A stretch of DNA of 64,000 nt, from the NCBI GenBank assembly GCA_020854815.1, contig JAHKLW010000019.1, positions 10,571-74,570 on the forward strand, given 5' to 3'. This DNA comes from Methanofastidiosum sp. Its GTDB lineage: Archaea; Methanobacteriota_B; Thermococci; Methanofastidiosales; Methanofastidiosaceae. The first letter of the stretch is position 1, and the number at the start of each line of letters is the position of its first letter. Both the position numbers and the translations under genes were made by a program. Below, piece after piece: positions 1 through 9,654 of the stretch. The notes beneath the pieces are model-generated. The model was not told the DNA's origin, made no database searches, and saw only the letters and a list, made by a program, of their open reading frames with translations.

Positions 1-142
1 TTTTTTTATGATTATTTCTTGATTATTGAAATTTGTTTTGGTTTTGAAAATAATCTTAAATATTTTATTAGCTAATTCTAATAAAATTAGGATAACCGAA
101 AAATTTATATAGTATAATGATTGTATAGATAACGGTGATATA

Positions 143-658
143 ATGAGTGAATTAATAAAGAAAATATTAGTTCCAGTAGATGGATCTACACCTTCTCAAA
201 AGGCTGTAGAATATGCTGCATGGGTAGCAAGTAAGACTGGGGCTCAGGTAATGTTGCTCCAAGTAGTAGACGCAGATAAATTAAAACTAACATATGAAGC
301 AATGGATAGATTCTTGCCTGAGTGGGAAGATAAGATAAAAGGAACAGACGACATAAAGAGATACTCTCCTTTTTTTGATGAGCAGCTTAATTGTATGCTT
401 GAAGATCCATTATGTAAGAGGGCAAACAATATTCTAAAAGAAATGACAAAATATGCTGAAAAACTTAGCGTTAAGCCAAAGACAATGATGAAACTCGGAA
501 GAGTTGTCGATACAATTGTACAAACAGCAGAAGATGAAAAATGCGACCATATTATTGTTGGTAAAACAGGGCTTACCGGAATAAAGAGATTGGCCATGGG
601 ACATGTGGCAGAAGATGTAGCTAAATATGCTCCGTGCAGAGTTACAGTTGTCCCTTAA
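143..658 (+). CDS. Universal stress protein (UspA family)
   Basis: N-terminal 'KILVPVDGS...AVEYA' and C-terminal 'HIIVGKTG...GHVAEDV' match the USP family; about 171 aa. Confidence 0.75.
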   Translation: MSELIKKILVPVDGSTPSQKAVEYAAWVASKTGAQVMLLQVVDADKLKLTYEAMDRFLPEWEDKIKGTDDIKRYSPFFDEQLNCMLEDPLCKRANNILKEMTKYAEKLSVKPKTMMKLGRVVDTIVQTAEDEKCDHIIVGKTGLTGIKRLAMGHVAEDVAKYAPCRVTVVP

Positions 659-721
659 TTAAAATATCTTTTTTTTTACATTTTTAATATATACTATTTT
701 TTATTAGATATGAAAAGTAGA

Positions 722-1084
722 TCATAATTTAATTTCAGTATTACTATCAGAATGATGTTGAACTTCGTCAATCTCAATGTCTAAAAAGTAATTGATTACA
801 GTTCTTATGGCAACTATTGCACCTAAAATTGCAACTTCTTCTAAACTAGGTTTTAAAATAGTTCTTATTATATCAGCGGCTATAAGAAACTCCAATCCGA
901 GTAATAAATATGTTCCAAATGATAATCTAAGTATATCATTATCTTTTAGATAAATTTTAGCTTTGATTCTTTTAAGTTCATTATTAAGAAATTTCACAAA
1001 GGATATTATACTACCATAAATAATGACTGCTATTCCTACTAGTCCTATGGCCAAAGAAATATACTCAATAATTTGAACTAACAT
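722..1084 (-). CDS. Small integral membrane protein, DUF1622-like (from memory)
   Basis: About 120 aa with 3-4 hydrophobic helices, beginning 'MLVQIIEYISLAIGLVG'. I recognise this only loosely as the archaeal DUF1622 family. Confidence 0.4.
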   Translation of the reverse strand: MLVQIIEYISLAIGLVGIAVIIYGSIISFVKFLNNELKRIKAKIYLKDNDILRLSFGTYLLLGLEFLIAADIIRTILKPSLEEVAILGAIVAIRTVINYFLDIEIDEVQHHSDSNTEIKL

Positions 1085-1249
1085 CCACCCATCTCTTAGT
1101 TATTATAATACAGTTTCATATATTACTTTTACTATAGGCGTGCAGGAAGCCCAATACAAAATAAAAGTTTAATATTTTATTGATAAAATCAAGCAAAATT
1201 AGAAAAACTTAAAAATTAGAATATGTATAAATTATGTTGGAGGTTTCTT

Positions 1250-2512
1250 ATGTATAAATGTAATTTGGAAAGAATGCGTGATAAAATAAAAACATTTTCT
1301 GAATATGGTGATGCTGGACACGGGGGAATTACAAGATATTCACTTTCCCCAGAGGCAATTCAAGCAAGAAACGAATTTAAAAGAAGAATGGAGGCAATTG
1401 GTGCAACAATTGAAGTGGATGATATCGCCAACATGTACGCAACAATTCAAGGCACATCCCCAGACGCTAAGAGAATTGTAATGGCCTCTCATGTGGACTC
1501 TGTTAAAAATGGAGGTAACTATGATGGCATCTTGGGGGTTGTGTCTGCAATGGAAATTCTTGAAACTGTTAAAGAACAAAAGATTCCTCATAAACATCCG
1601 CTGACTGCTATGATCTGGACAAATGAGGAAGGTTCCCTATACCCACCTGCAATGATGGCATCCGGTATCGTATGTTATGATTACTTACCTGAGAAAATCC
1701 GTGGAAAGTTCAAATATGAAGATATGATGGCTTCAAAGAGTGTCTTAGATCCAACAAAAACTTTTAGAGAGGCTCTGGCCAAATCAGGATTTCAAGGAGA
1801 TAAGAAATATAGGCTCAATCCGGAAAACTATTTGTACATGTTTGAATTACATATTGAACAGGGACCAATTCTTGCGGATGCAGGTAATCATGTGGGTGTT
1901 GTTGACTGCGTACTGGGAATGTTTAATTATAGACTTAGATTTTATGGGCAGACGGTACACGCAGGCACCTTCCCAATGTCAAAGAGAAAAGATGCTTTCT
2001 TTGCTGCCGGACAGGCACTTTGTTATATCCATGCAGAGATCGATAAATTAAATATACCGGAGCTAGTTTATACGACTGGTGAGGTGACATGCCATCCATG
2101 TGTACATACCTGTGTTCCTGACTTCTTTGATTTTTGTATAGATGTAAGGCACGAAGATCCTAAGATACTTGAAAAAGTGCTTGCAATTGTCAAGAGTTGT
2201 GCAGACAGAGAGTGGGTAGGCTGCAAATGCGAAGTTGAAAAGGCATGGAACAGAGATACTGTTTACTTTGATAAGAAGCTCGTTGGATATGTAAAAGAGT
2301 CTGCAGAGAAAGCAGGCATCAAACATCAGTATATTCATTCCGGGGCAGGACATGATGCTCAGTTTGCATCTTATATGATCCCGACAACAATGATTTTTGT
2401 ACAGTCCAAAGACGGCTTATCCCATTGTGAACCAGAGTATTCCACAATTGAGCATTGCACGGAAGGTGCTACAGTTATGCTGAATGCAGTATTAAAAGCG
2501 GACAGAGACTAA
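1250..2512 (+). CDS. M20-family Zn-amidohydrolase (allantoate amidohydrolase / N-carbamoyl-L-amino-acid hydrolase family)
   Basis: 'GGITRYSLSPE', 'ASHVDSV.NGGNYDGILG', 'WTNEEGS' and 'HSGAGHDAQ' are typical of AmaB/AllC-type hydrolases. I place the start at the ATG at 1250, which sits 6 nt after a GGAGG at 1239-1243; the ORF track begins at 1223. Confidence 0.7.
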   Translation: MYKCNLERMRDKIKTFSEYGDAGHGGITRYSLSPEAIQARNEFKRRMEAIGATIEVDDIANMYATIQGTSPDAKRIVMASHVDSVKNGGNYDGILGVVSAMEILETVKEQKIPHKHPLTAMIWTNEEGSLYPPAMMASGIVCYDYLPEKIRGKFKYEDMMASKSVLDPTKTFREALAKSGFQGDKKYRLNPENYLYMFELHIEQGPILADAGNHVGVVDCVLGMFNYRLRFYGQTVHAGTFPMSKRKDAFFAAGQALCYIHAEIDKLNIPELVYTTGEVTCHPCVHTCVPDFFDFCIDVRHEDPKILEKVLAIVKSCADREWVGCKCEVEKAWNRDTVYFDKKLVGYVKESAEKAGIKHQYIHSGAGHDAQFASYMIPTTMIFVQSKDGLSHCEPEYSTIEHCTEGATVMLNAVLKADRD

Positions 2513-2713
2513 GAAGATTTAAGATTTCCTATGTATATCAATGAGGTCAGAGGTGTACGAGAAGCTAAACTTGAAATATTGATTAATAAGAACTATTGTA
2601 GTTGATGAAGCTTAAAAACAATTACTAGTATGATAAGAAGTCTAGCTTCTATATTCGTTGGAAAAATTTAAAAAGAAATCATAGTTTATAGGTTAAAAAT
2701 AGGAGGTGACTTT

Positions 2714-3718
2714 ATCGAAACTATTGTTGTTGCACTTGGTGGAAACGCCATAAAACAAGCTGACGAAAAAGGAACTCATGAAGAGCAGTTCAGAAACGTC
2801 GAAATTGCTTGTGAAGCTATTTTAAAATTAATAAAAGATGGATATGAAGTCGTGATTACACATGGTAATGGGCCTCAGTCAGGGAATCTGATGGTTCAGC
2901 AAGATGCTGCCTCAAACATTGTTCCACCGATGCCAATGGACGCTGTGGGTGCCATGACACAGGGACAAATAGGGTATATGATACAACAAACTCTTCAGAA
3001 TATGATGAAAGAGAAGAAGATGAATATACCAGTTGCCACTGTTGTCACCCAAGTGGTAGTATCAAAAGATGACCCTGATTTCCAAGACCCTTCGAAACCT
3101 GTAGGTAATTTTTTCACAGAGGTAGAAGCAAAAAAAATTGCTGCTGAAACAGGGTATGTGATTGATCCAAAACCCGGTCAAGATCATATTGACAAAAAGA
3201 TGAAAGGACACGTGATTAAGAAAGTAAAACCTACCGGAGACAAACCATACAGAAGAGTTGTTCCTTCTCCAGATCCAGTTAGACCTGCAGAAGCTGTTGC
3301 AATAAAAAAACTTGTAGACAGTAACGTTGTTGTTATTGCATCAGGCGGTGGTGGAGTGCCTGTCGTAGAGGACAAAAATGGTATGTTGATGGGAATTGAT
3401 GGGGTAATAGATAAAGATAAGGCCGGAGAAAGACTTGCAGAAGCGGTTGAAGCTGATATATTTTTAGTACTAACAGATGTAGAAGTGGCTTACTTAAACT
3501 TTGGAAAACCTGATCAAAAGCCTGTGAACAAGATGACAGTTGCCGAAGCTAAGAATTACTTAAAAGAAGGTCATTTTCTTGCAGGTAGTATGGGGCCAAA
3601 AGTTTTAGCTTGTATTAGATTCATAGAAGAAGCAAAGGGGAAAAAAGCTATTATTACATCTCTTAACAAGGCAGAAGATGCACTTATGGAAAAGACTGGG
3701 ACTACCATTGTTCCATAA
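2714..3718 (+). CDS. arcC: Carbamate kinase
   Basis: Very close to archaeal carbamate kinases: 'VVALGGNA', 'VVITHGNGPQ', 'VVPSPDP', 'ASGGGGVPV', 'GHFLAGSMGPKV'. The conserved N-terminus lies upstream of the first canonical start (GTG at 2852). The in-frame ATC at 2714 sits 6 nt after AGGAGGTGA at 2701-2709. Confidence 0.85.
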   Translation: METIVVALGGNAIKQADEKGTHEEQFRNVEIACEAILKLIKDGYEVVITHGNGPQSGNLMVQQDAASNIVPPMPMDAVGAMTQGQIGYMIQQTLQNMMKEKKMNIPVATVVTQVVVSKDDPDFQDPSKPVGNFFTEVEAKKIAAETGYVIDPKPGQDHIDKKMKGHVIKKVKPTGDKPYRRVVPSPDPVRPAEAVAIKKLVDSNVVVIASGGGGVPVVEDKNGMLMGIDGVIDKDKAGERLAEAVEADIFLVLTDVEVAYLNFGKPDQKPVNKMTVAEAKNYLKEGHFLAGSMGPKVLACIRFIEEAKGKKAIITSLNKAEDALMEKTGTTIVP

Positions 3719-3729
3719 GGAGGAGTTAT

Positions 3730-4080
3730 ATGGGAATGATAGTTAAATATGAGAAAGATACAACAATATTTACTCCAAATCTACATTTTGACTGTGATTC
3801 TCGTTGGTATTTTAAGAAGGGTGAGCCAACTGGAACTATGTCTGTCCTGAGGTCTGATTTTAAAAAAGGCGGCTGGGCAGACTGGCATGATCATGCAAGT
3901 GCAGACCAAGCATACTATGTCATAAAAGGAAAAGTAAGAGTTTGGATGGATAGTGAAGACAACTATGCGGACCTTGGTCCTGGTGATATGGTAATTTTCC
4001 CAATGGGGAGAAAGCATAAACTAAAGAATTTAACAGATGGAGAATTATCACTTGTAGCAATGAATGCGCCAGCTTTATAA
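3730..4080 (+). CDS. Cupin-domain protein
   Basis: 116 aa with 'WHDH...YYVIKG' and a 'GDMVIFPMG' cupin beta-barrel signature. Its stop is 8 nt downstream of the carbamate kinase stop, and it has its own GGAGG. Confidence 0.55.
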   Translation: MGMIVKYEKDTTIFTPNLHFDCDSRWYFKKGEPTGTMSVLRSDFKKGGWADWHDHASADQAYYVIKGKVRVWMDSEDNYADLGPGDMVIFPMGRKHKLKNLTDGELSLVAMNAPAL

Positions 4081-4160
4081 TTTTTAATTTTTATTATTGG
4101 ATTTTTTTCTCTTCTACAAATTACAACAACCTATATAAGGAATAAATTAAATCAAACTTT

Positions 4161-5729
4161 ATGAGATATGTGGTAGTTACCGGAGGAGTTATTTCTGGTC
4201 TGGGCAAGGGGGTGACTACTGCCTCTATAGCAAAAATAATTCAATCAATGGGACACAAAGTAACTGTTGTTAAAATAGATCCTTATGTTAACGTAGATGC
4301 AGGAACTATGTCTCCTTTTGAGCATGGAGAAGTTTTTGTTTTAGATGATGGAGGAGAGGTAGACCTAGACCTAGGAAATTATGAAAGATTTCTTAATATA
4401 CACCTGACTAAAGCACACAATATCACTACAGGAAAAGCTTATCTTAAAGTCATTGAAAAGGAAAGAAAGGGAGACTATCTTGGTAAAACTGTTCAGATTA
4501 TCCCTCATATCACTGACGAGATAAAAACTGAAATAAGAAATGTTGCAAGAGGTCATGATGTAACTATTATTGAAGTTGGGGGAACTGTGGGGGATATTGA
4601 GAGTATGCCCTTTCTTGAGGCTTTAAGGCAGCTTTCTATTGAAGAAGATGTTGTTTTTATTCATGTTACACTAGTGCCTACCCTAAGTGTTGTTGGAGAA
4701 CCAAAGACAAAACCAACTCAACATTCAGTAAAAGCACTAAGGGAAGTCGGAATTAGCCCGCATATAATTGTCTGTAGAAGTGTTGAAAAGTTAAATGAAA
4801 AATCAAAAGAAAAAATTGCACTTTTTACAAATGTGAAAGTTGATCATGTTATTAGCGCTCCTGATGTTGAAGATATTCATTATATACCTCTTATTTTTAA
4901 TGAAGAAAAGATAGGGCAGAAGATTTTGGATCAATTCAAAATGGATGGGAAACCAAATCTTTCGTTGTGGAAATCAATTCTTTGTAGAGACTATAAAAAA
5001 GACGTAAATCTTGCAATAGTAGGGAAATATGCGGATCTCCATGACTCCTATCTCAGTATATCCCAGGCACTTAAGCATGCTTCATTTAAAACGTGTTACA
5101 AGACCAGAATATCATGGATAGAGGCTGAAGATTTTGAAAATAAAGAAATATCAAATGAACTTGACAGGTTTGATGGTATATTGGTACCTGGAGGATTTGG
5201 ATCAAGGGGTGTAGAGGGAAAAATAAACGTAATAAAAAACGCTAGAGAAAACAACATTCCTTTTTTAGGAATATGTCTTGGTTTCCAGCTTGCTGTTATA
5301 GAATACGCTAGAAATGTCTGTGGTCTTAAAAGTGCCAATACTACCGAAGTTTGTGATACGCAACAGCCAGTTATTGATTTACTGCCAGAACAAAAAAAGA
5401 TTTCAGCCAAAGGTGGAACTATGAGACTTGGGGCTTCAGAAATTTTGCTTGATAAAGGTTCGATGATATATTCATTGTATAACACAGATAAAATATATGA
5501 GAGGCATAGACATAGGTATGAAGTTAACAAAGAGTATGTTGATATCATACTAAAGAATAAAGGCTTAATATTTTCAGGTAAATCGCCAAATGGTTTGATG
5601 GAAGTTCTAGAAATTAAAGACCATCCTTTCTACTTGGGAACTCAATTTCATCCTGAGTTTAAATCAAGAGTGGAGGCAGTTGCACCAACGTTCTATGGTC
5701 TTGTAAAAGCAATGGGTGAAAAACAATGA
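4161..5729 (+). CDS. pyrG: CTP synthase
   Basis: '[13 protein letters not shown]', '[10 protein letters not shown]', and a C-terminal class-I glutamine amidotransferase domain 'GICLGFQ...HRHRYEVN'; 522 aa. Confidence 0.95.
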   Translation: MRYVVVTGGVISGLGKGVTTASIAKIIQSMGHKVTVVKIDPYVNVDAGTMSPFEHGEVFVLDDGGEVDLDLGNYERFLNIHLTKAHNITTGKAYLKVIEKERKGDYLGKTVQIIPHITDEIKTEIRNVARGHDVTIIEVGGTVGDIESMPFLEALRQLSIEEDVVFIHVTLVPTLSVVGEPKTKPTQHSVKALREVGISPHIIVCRSVEKLNEKSKEKIALFTNVKVDHVISAPDVEDIHYIPLIFNEEKIGQKILDQFKMDGKPNLSLWKSILCRDYKKDVNLAIVGKYADLHDSYLSISQALKHASFKTCYKTRISWIEAEDFENKEISNELDRFDGILVPGGFGSRGVEGKINVIKNARENNIPFLGICLGFQLAVIEYARNVCGLKSANTTEVCDTQQPVIDLLPEQKKISAKGGTMRLGASEILLDKGSMIYSLYNTDKIYERHRHRYEVNKEYVDIILKNKGLIFSGKSPNGLMEVLEIKDHPFYLGTQFHPEFKSRVEAVAPTFYGLVKAMGEKQ

Positions 5730-6307
5730 ATGTAAAATCCTCTGTAAGGAACATAATATCTGAAATAAGTTCCGTTATGGAAGAAATTGATGAAAATACT
5801 GTTGAAGAAGTAATATCTGAGATTTTGAAAGCAAACAAAATATTTATTGTAGGTGCTGGTAGAAGTGGCCTTGTCGGAAAATCATTTGCTATGAGACTTA
5901 TGCAAATAGGTTTCAGAGTCTATGTTGTGGGGGAAACTATAACCCCATCGATGGAAGAAGGAGACTTACTTATTGCGATATCAAATTCTGGAGAAACAAA
6001 AAGTGTTTGTTTGGCATCGCAAATAGCTATGACAATTAAAGGAAACATAGTTGGAATTACTTCCAACAAAAATTCTAAGTTAGCAAAAAAATCTACAAAA
6101 ACAATAATAATAGATGCAAAACATAGGACAGATCCTGCTAGATTTGTGCAAAAAGGATTTCATAATGAAGTACCTTCATTTGCCCCGCTAGGTACGCTCT
6201 TTGAAGTTTCTACGTTTCTATTCTTTGAAGGATTAATAGGATCTCTAATGGAAAGAACTAATAGAAAAGAAGAAGATTTGAAAAAAATGCATTCTCTCCT
6301 TGAATAG
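5726..6307 (+). CDS. SIS-domain sugar-phosphate isomerase (6-phospho-3-hexuloisomerase-like)
   Basis: '[10 protein letters not shown]...ISNSGET' SIS fold, about 193 aa. Its ATG overlaps the pyrG stop (ATGA). Confidence 0.6.
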   Translation: MNVKSSVRNIISEISSVMEEIDENTVEEVISEILKANKIFIVGAGRSGLVGKSFAMRLMQIGFRVYVVGETITPSMEEGDLLIAISNSGETKSVCLASQIAMTIKGNIVGITSNKNSKLAKKSTKTIIIDAKHRTDPARFVQKGFHNEVPSFAPLGTLFEVSTFLFFEGLIGSLMERTNRKEEDLKKMHSLLE

Positions 6308-6342
6308 AGGAAATATTTTAATAATATCTTTTAGTAAAACAG

Positions 6343-6417
6343 GGGACCGTGGGGTAGCTTGGCCCATCCTTTTGGCTTCGGGAGCCAGAAACCTGAGTTC
6401 AAATCTCGGCGGTCCCA
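6343..6417 (+). tRNA. tRNA-Pro (anticodon CGG)
   Basis: I hand-folded it. Acceptor stem GGGACCG/CGGTCCC, U8, D-loop with A14/G18G19/A21, anticodon stem TTGGC/GCCAG with loop TTCGGGA (U33, CGG, G37), T-arm CTGAG-TTCAAAT-CTCGG, discriminator A. CCA is not encoded, and there is no intron. An AT-rich TATA-like stretch lies about 25 nt upstream. Confidence 0.7.
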
Positions 6418-6497
6418 TTAAATATATAAATATAAATCTCTTTAATCTATAAGGAATCCTATTTTTTTAGATTAGAGATATCTTGAGGTGTATTTTA

Positions 6498-7640
6498 ATG
6501 GCCGATAAATTGAGAGATGAAATAATGGAAAAAATAAAAAGTGCTACAGGTAATAAACCAACTTTTTGTGTAATAGGTGCCGGAAATGGCGGTCTTGCAA
6601 TGGCAGGATATCTTGCATATTATGGTTTTTCAGTTAACATATGGACCCGAGACAAGGTGAAGATGGAGGCGTTGGCAGCTGCAGGTGGCATTGAAGTTGA
6701 GGGAAAAATAGAAGGGTTTGGAGAGCTAAATAAAACAGATGTAGATTTTCAAAAGTCAATTGAAGATGTAGATGTAATAATGGTCGTCATACCTGCAAAC
6801 GGTCACAGGGAGATTGGTGAAAAACTTGTAAAATATGTAAGGCCTGGGCAAACTATTGTTTTAAATCCAGGCAGAACAGGTGGAGCGTTAGAGCTTTACA
6901 ACATGTTTAGGAAAGAAGGAAAAATAAGAGAAGACCTTATAATCGCAGAAGCTCAGACTTTCTTATTTGTCGCTAGAAAACTCGGAGTCCATAAAGTTAG
7001 GATATTTGATATTAAAAGATCAGTTCCAGTTTCTGCAGTTAGGTCCTATAAGAATCCTGATCTTATTAAAATATTGAGAATGGCATTTCCACAGTTTACT
7101 CCTACATCAGACGTTCTTCACACAAGTTTGGGAAATGTTGCAGTTATGTTCCACCCTGGAGTAATGCTACTTAATACTGGCTGGGTAGAAAATCATGGTA
7201 ATTTTGAATATTATTTAGAAGGGATTTCACCAGGAGTTGCTAAATTATTGGAACATATAGATATGGAAAGAATAAAAATTGCAGAGGCAGTTGGCATAAG
7301 AGTTCCTTCTTTGAAAGATTGGCTCTATTTCTCTTACGGTTCAACTGGTTCTGATCTCTACGAATCAGTACAAACTACCCCTGCGTATAAAGGTGTAATG
7401 GCCCCTCCAACTATCCACCATAGATACATCTTAGAAGACGTTCCAATGAGTCTTGTTCCAATGTCATCACTTGGTAAAAAATTTGGTGTTGAAACAAAAT
7501 GTATTGATTCCCTTATTAATATAGCATGTTGCCAGCAAGAAAGGGATTTTTGGTCTGAAGGCAGAACTGTAGAGCATATGGGGATTAAGAACTTCGACTT
7601 AAAAACAATAAAGAGGCTAATCGCAGGTGAGATAGTATGA
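6498..7640 (+). CDS. NAD(P)-dependent dehydrogenase of the opine (octopine/nopaline) dehydrogenase family
   Basis: N-terminal Rossmann motif 'FCVIGAGNGGLAMAGYLA', and the overall length and pattern resemble the Octopine_DH / ketopantoate-reductase-like fold. The ATG at 6498 follows GAGGTG at 6485-6490. Confidence 0.55.
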   Translation: MADKLRDEIMEKIKSATGNKPTFCVIGAGNGGLAMAGYLAYYGFSVNIWTRDKVKMEALAAAGGIEVEGKIEGFGELNKTDVDFQKSIEDVDVIMVVIPANGHREIGEKLVKYVRPGQTIVLNPGRTGGALELYNMFRKEGKIREDLIIAEAQTFLFVARKLGVHKVRIFDIKRSVPVSAVRSYKNPDLIKILRMAFPQFTPTSDVLHTSLGNVAVMFHPGVMLLNTGWVENHGNFEYYLEGISPGVAKLLEHIDMERIKIAEAVGIRVPSLKDWLYFSYGSTGSDLYESVQTTPAYKGVMAPPTIHHRYILEDVPMSLVPMSSLGKKFGVETKCIDSLINIACCQQERDFWSEGRTVEHMGIKNFDLKTIKRLIAGEIV

Positions 7641-9253
7641 GGGCAGTTCTTGCAACAATAGGGAATTGTATTCACGTTCAAGGAATAAAAAACTTTGAAA
7701 ATTTGTTGATTAGAAATAATATTGATACAGAATTTATTGGAGTATGTGTTGATACAGACAAACTGATAAAAATCATTTTAGAAAAAAATCCCGATATTAT
7801 AGGTCTAAGTTACAGGCTTGAACCCGAAACTGCTAAAATATTATTCAAAAAGTTGAAGAATTCTATTGAAGATAATAAAATTAAATCTAAGTTTTTCTTT
7901 GGAGGAACTCCTGCTGTGTGTGAAATTGCTGAAGAATCTGGACTATTTTCAGGGGTTTTTAGAGGAATAGAAACTGAAGAACAGATACTTGATAAAGTCC
8001 TTGGGAGAGAGGGCGAGTTTAATTCAGTAGAGTATTCTCAAGATCTCTATGAAAGAATTCAAAAATCTTATCCCTTTCCTTTGATAAGACATCATTTTGG
8101 GTTACCTTCTCTTGAAAAAACAATTGAAGGTGTTAAAGAAATTGCAAATAGTAAAACTCTTGATATCATATCCATAGGGCCAGATCAAATAGCACAAGAA
8201 TGTTTTTTTAATCAAGGAAATATTTGTAAAGAGTTCGAAGGTGGTGGTGGGGTACCCCTTCGAAAAAAGGAAGACTTAGGTTCTATATATGAGTCATCAA
8301 GAGTGGGTAACTATCCTCTTTTGAGATGCTATGCTGGCACAAATGATTTGATAAAATGGGGCGATATGTTAAAAGAAACAATTAATAACGCTTGGGGAGC
8401 AATACCCCTGTTCTGGTATTCAGAACTGGATGGGAGGTCAAAAAGGGATTTAGTTAGTGCAATTACTGAAAACCAAAAAACTATAAAATGGCATGCAGAG
8501 AACAATGTTCCAGTTGAGATTAATGATTCACACCAATGGGCCCTTAGAAAAACTACTGACCCCATTGAAGTTGCCTCTGCTTATATCGCAACATATAATG
8601 CTAGAGAACTAGGAGTTAAGTACTACATCCAACAGTTTATGATGAATGTGCCCCCAGAAATTTCTCCTGAGATGGATATTGCAAAAATGTTAGCAAAACT
8701 AGAGATTATATCCGAATTATCAAATGAAGATTTTACAATTCTAAAAATGATAAGAACAGGTCTTGCCTCTCTTTCTGTCGATGAAAACATAGCAAAAGGA
8801 GAACTTGCTTCGTCAATTACAATTGGTATGTATCTAAAACCACATATTGTTCATGTAGTGGGATATTCAGAAGCATATAACGTAGCAACGCCATACGTCA
8901 TCATTGAAAGCTCAAAAATTGCAAGAGGCGTAATAAAAAATTGTCTTAAAGGATTACCTAGCATAGAAGATAACAAGAGGATACTAAAAAGAAAAGAAGA
9001 GATAATCGAGGACACTCGATTGATTATTGAAACTTTGAAATTACTTGGCGAAAGTTCAGATCCTTTAAAAGATCCCTATTCTCTCTATAAAGCTGTTAAA
9101 GTTGGCCTTATGGATGCAGAAAATTTGAAGGGATTTGATCCCGCAAAGGGGACAATTAAAACAGCCGTGATAGATGGAATGGTTCGATGTATTGATGAAA
9201 ATAATGGAGAAGTACTATCTGAGAAGGAGAGAATTAAGAGATTACGTATATAA
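7637..9253 (+). CDS. Uncharacterised protein with N-terminal cobalamin (B12)-binding-like domain
   Basis: Residues 3-110 follow the B12-binding Rossmann pattern: 'AVLATIGNCIHVQG' (the DxHxxG position reads CxHxxG), 'DIIGLSYRL', 'FFFGGTP'. The C-terminal domain of about 400 aa is unassigned. The start overlaps the upstream gene (ATGA). Confidence 0.45.
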   Translation: MRAVLATIGNCIHVQGIKNFENLLIRNNIDTEFIGVCVDTDKLIKIILEKNPDIIGLSYRLEPETAKILFKKLKNSIEDNKIKSKFFFGGTPAVCEIAEESGLFSGVFRGIETEEQILDKVLGREGEFNSVEYSQDLYERIQKSYPFPLIRHHFGLPSLEKTIEGVKEIANSKTLDIISIGPDQIAQECFFNQGNICKEFEGGGGVPLRKKEDLGSIYESSRVGNYPLLRCYAGTNDLIKWGDMLKETINNAWGAIPLFWYSELDGRSKRDLVSAITENQKTIKWHAENNVPVEINDSHQWALRKTTDPIEVASAYIATYNARELGVKYYIQQFMMNVPPEISPEMDIAKMLAKLEIISELSNEDFTILKMIRTGLASLSVDENIAKGELASSITIGMYLKPHIVHVVGYSEAYNVATPYVIIESSKIARGVIKNCLKGLPSIEDNKRILKRKEEIIEDTRLIIETLKLLGESSDPLKDPYSLYKAVKVGLMDAENLKGFDPAKGTIKTAVIDGMVRCIDENNGEVLSEKERIKRLRI

Positions 9254-9267
9254 TAGTTATTAACTAA
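9254..9267. repeat. TAGTTATTAAC motif copy (candidate partition site)
   Basis: The same 10-11-mer recurs at 10436-10446 on the + strand and at 10461-10470 on the - strand, flanking the parA-RHH operon. Confidence 0.35.
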
Positions 9268-9312
9268 TATATATTAAATAATATCTATTATATAATAAAT
9301 ATTAATTAATAT

Positions 9313-9654
9313 TTATTTTAAAAGTGCAGGATCTCTTTTATCGATATATTCTTTTATTGCTTCTTCGACAGTTGAACTTCTTTCCCCAGTATTTAGTGCT
9401 ACTTTTATGGATCTTGGAATGCCCAACTTATCTTTTATTAACGTGTCTAGAGCATTTACAAGTTCTTCGTCAAGTGAAAAACTTTTAATTATCTTTTTCT
9501 TTTTATATAGAGACTTTTCTTCTTCTTTATGTGTAAAGCGTTGGGTCATTATTTCCTTTTTTTCCTTCTCGTGATCAATTTCCTCTTTAGTTAGGATAAC
9601 TCTTCTTTGTATTTCTTTCTCCAAATCATTCTTTAACCCGTCAGTTAAGGCCAT
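9313..9654 (-). CDS. Ribbon-helix-helix DNA-binding protein (ParG-like partner)
   Basis: C-terminal 'SFSLDEELVNALDTLIK' is a typical RHH beta-strand and helix. It lies immediately downstream of parA, with a TGATG start/stop overlap. The start is ambiguous between 9681, 9657 and 9654. Confidence 0.55.
   Translation of the reverse strand: MALTDGLKNDLEKEIQRRVILTKEEIDHEKEKKEIMTQRFTHKEEEKSLYKKKKIIKSFSLDEELVNALDTLIKDKLGIPRSIKVALNTGERSSTVEEAIKEYIDKRDPALLK

Noticed and set aside
244-597. Antisense and overlapping ORFs in the track (e.g. 244..597-, 5096..5548-, 34491..35000-, 46250..46843+, 49460..49933+, 57578..58045+, 59546..60187+, 11814..12083+)
   Set aside because: They lie entirely within well-supported genes on the other strand, have low-complexity composition, and match no recognisable family.
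6366-6392. Possible intron or atypical anticodon arm in the tRNA at 6343-6417
   Set aside because: An initial fold gave no 3' anticodon stem. Re-folding with a 4-nt variable loop and an 11-nt D-loop gives a standard 75-nt intron-less cloverleaf with anticodon CGG.
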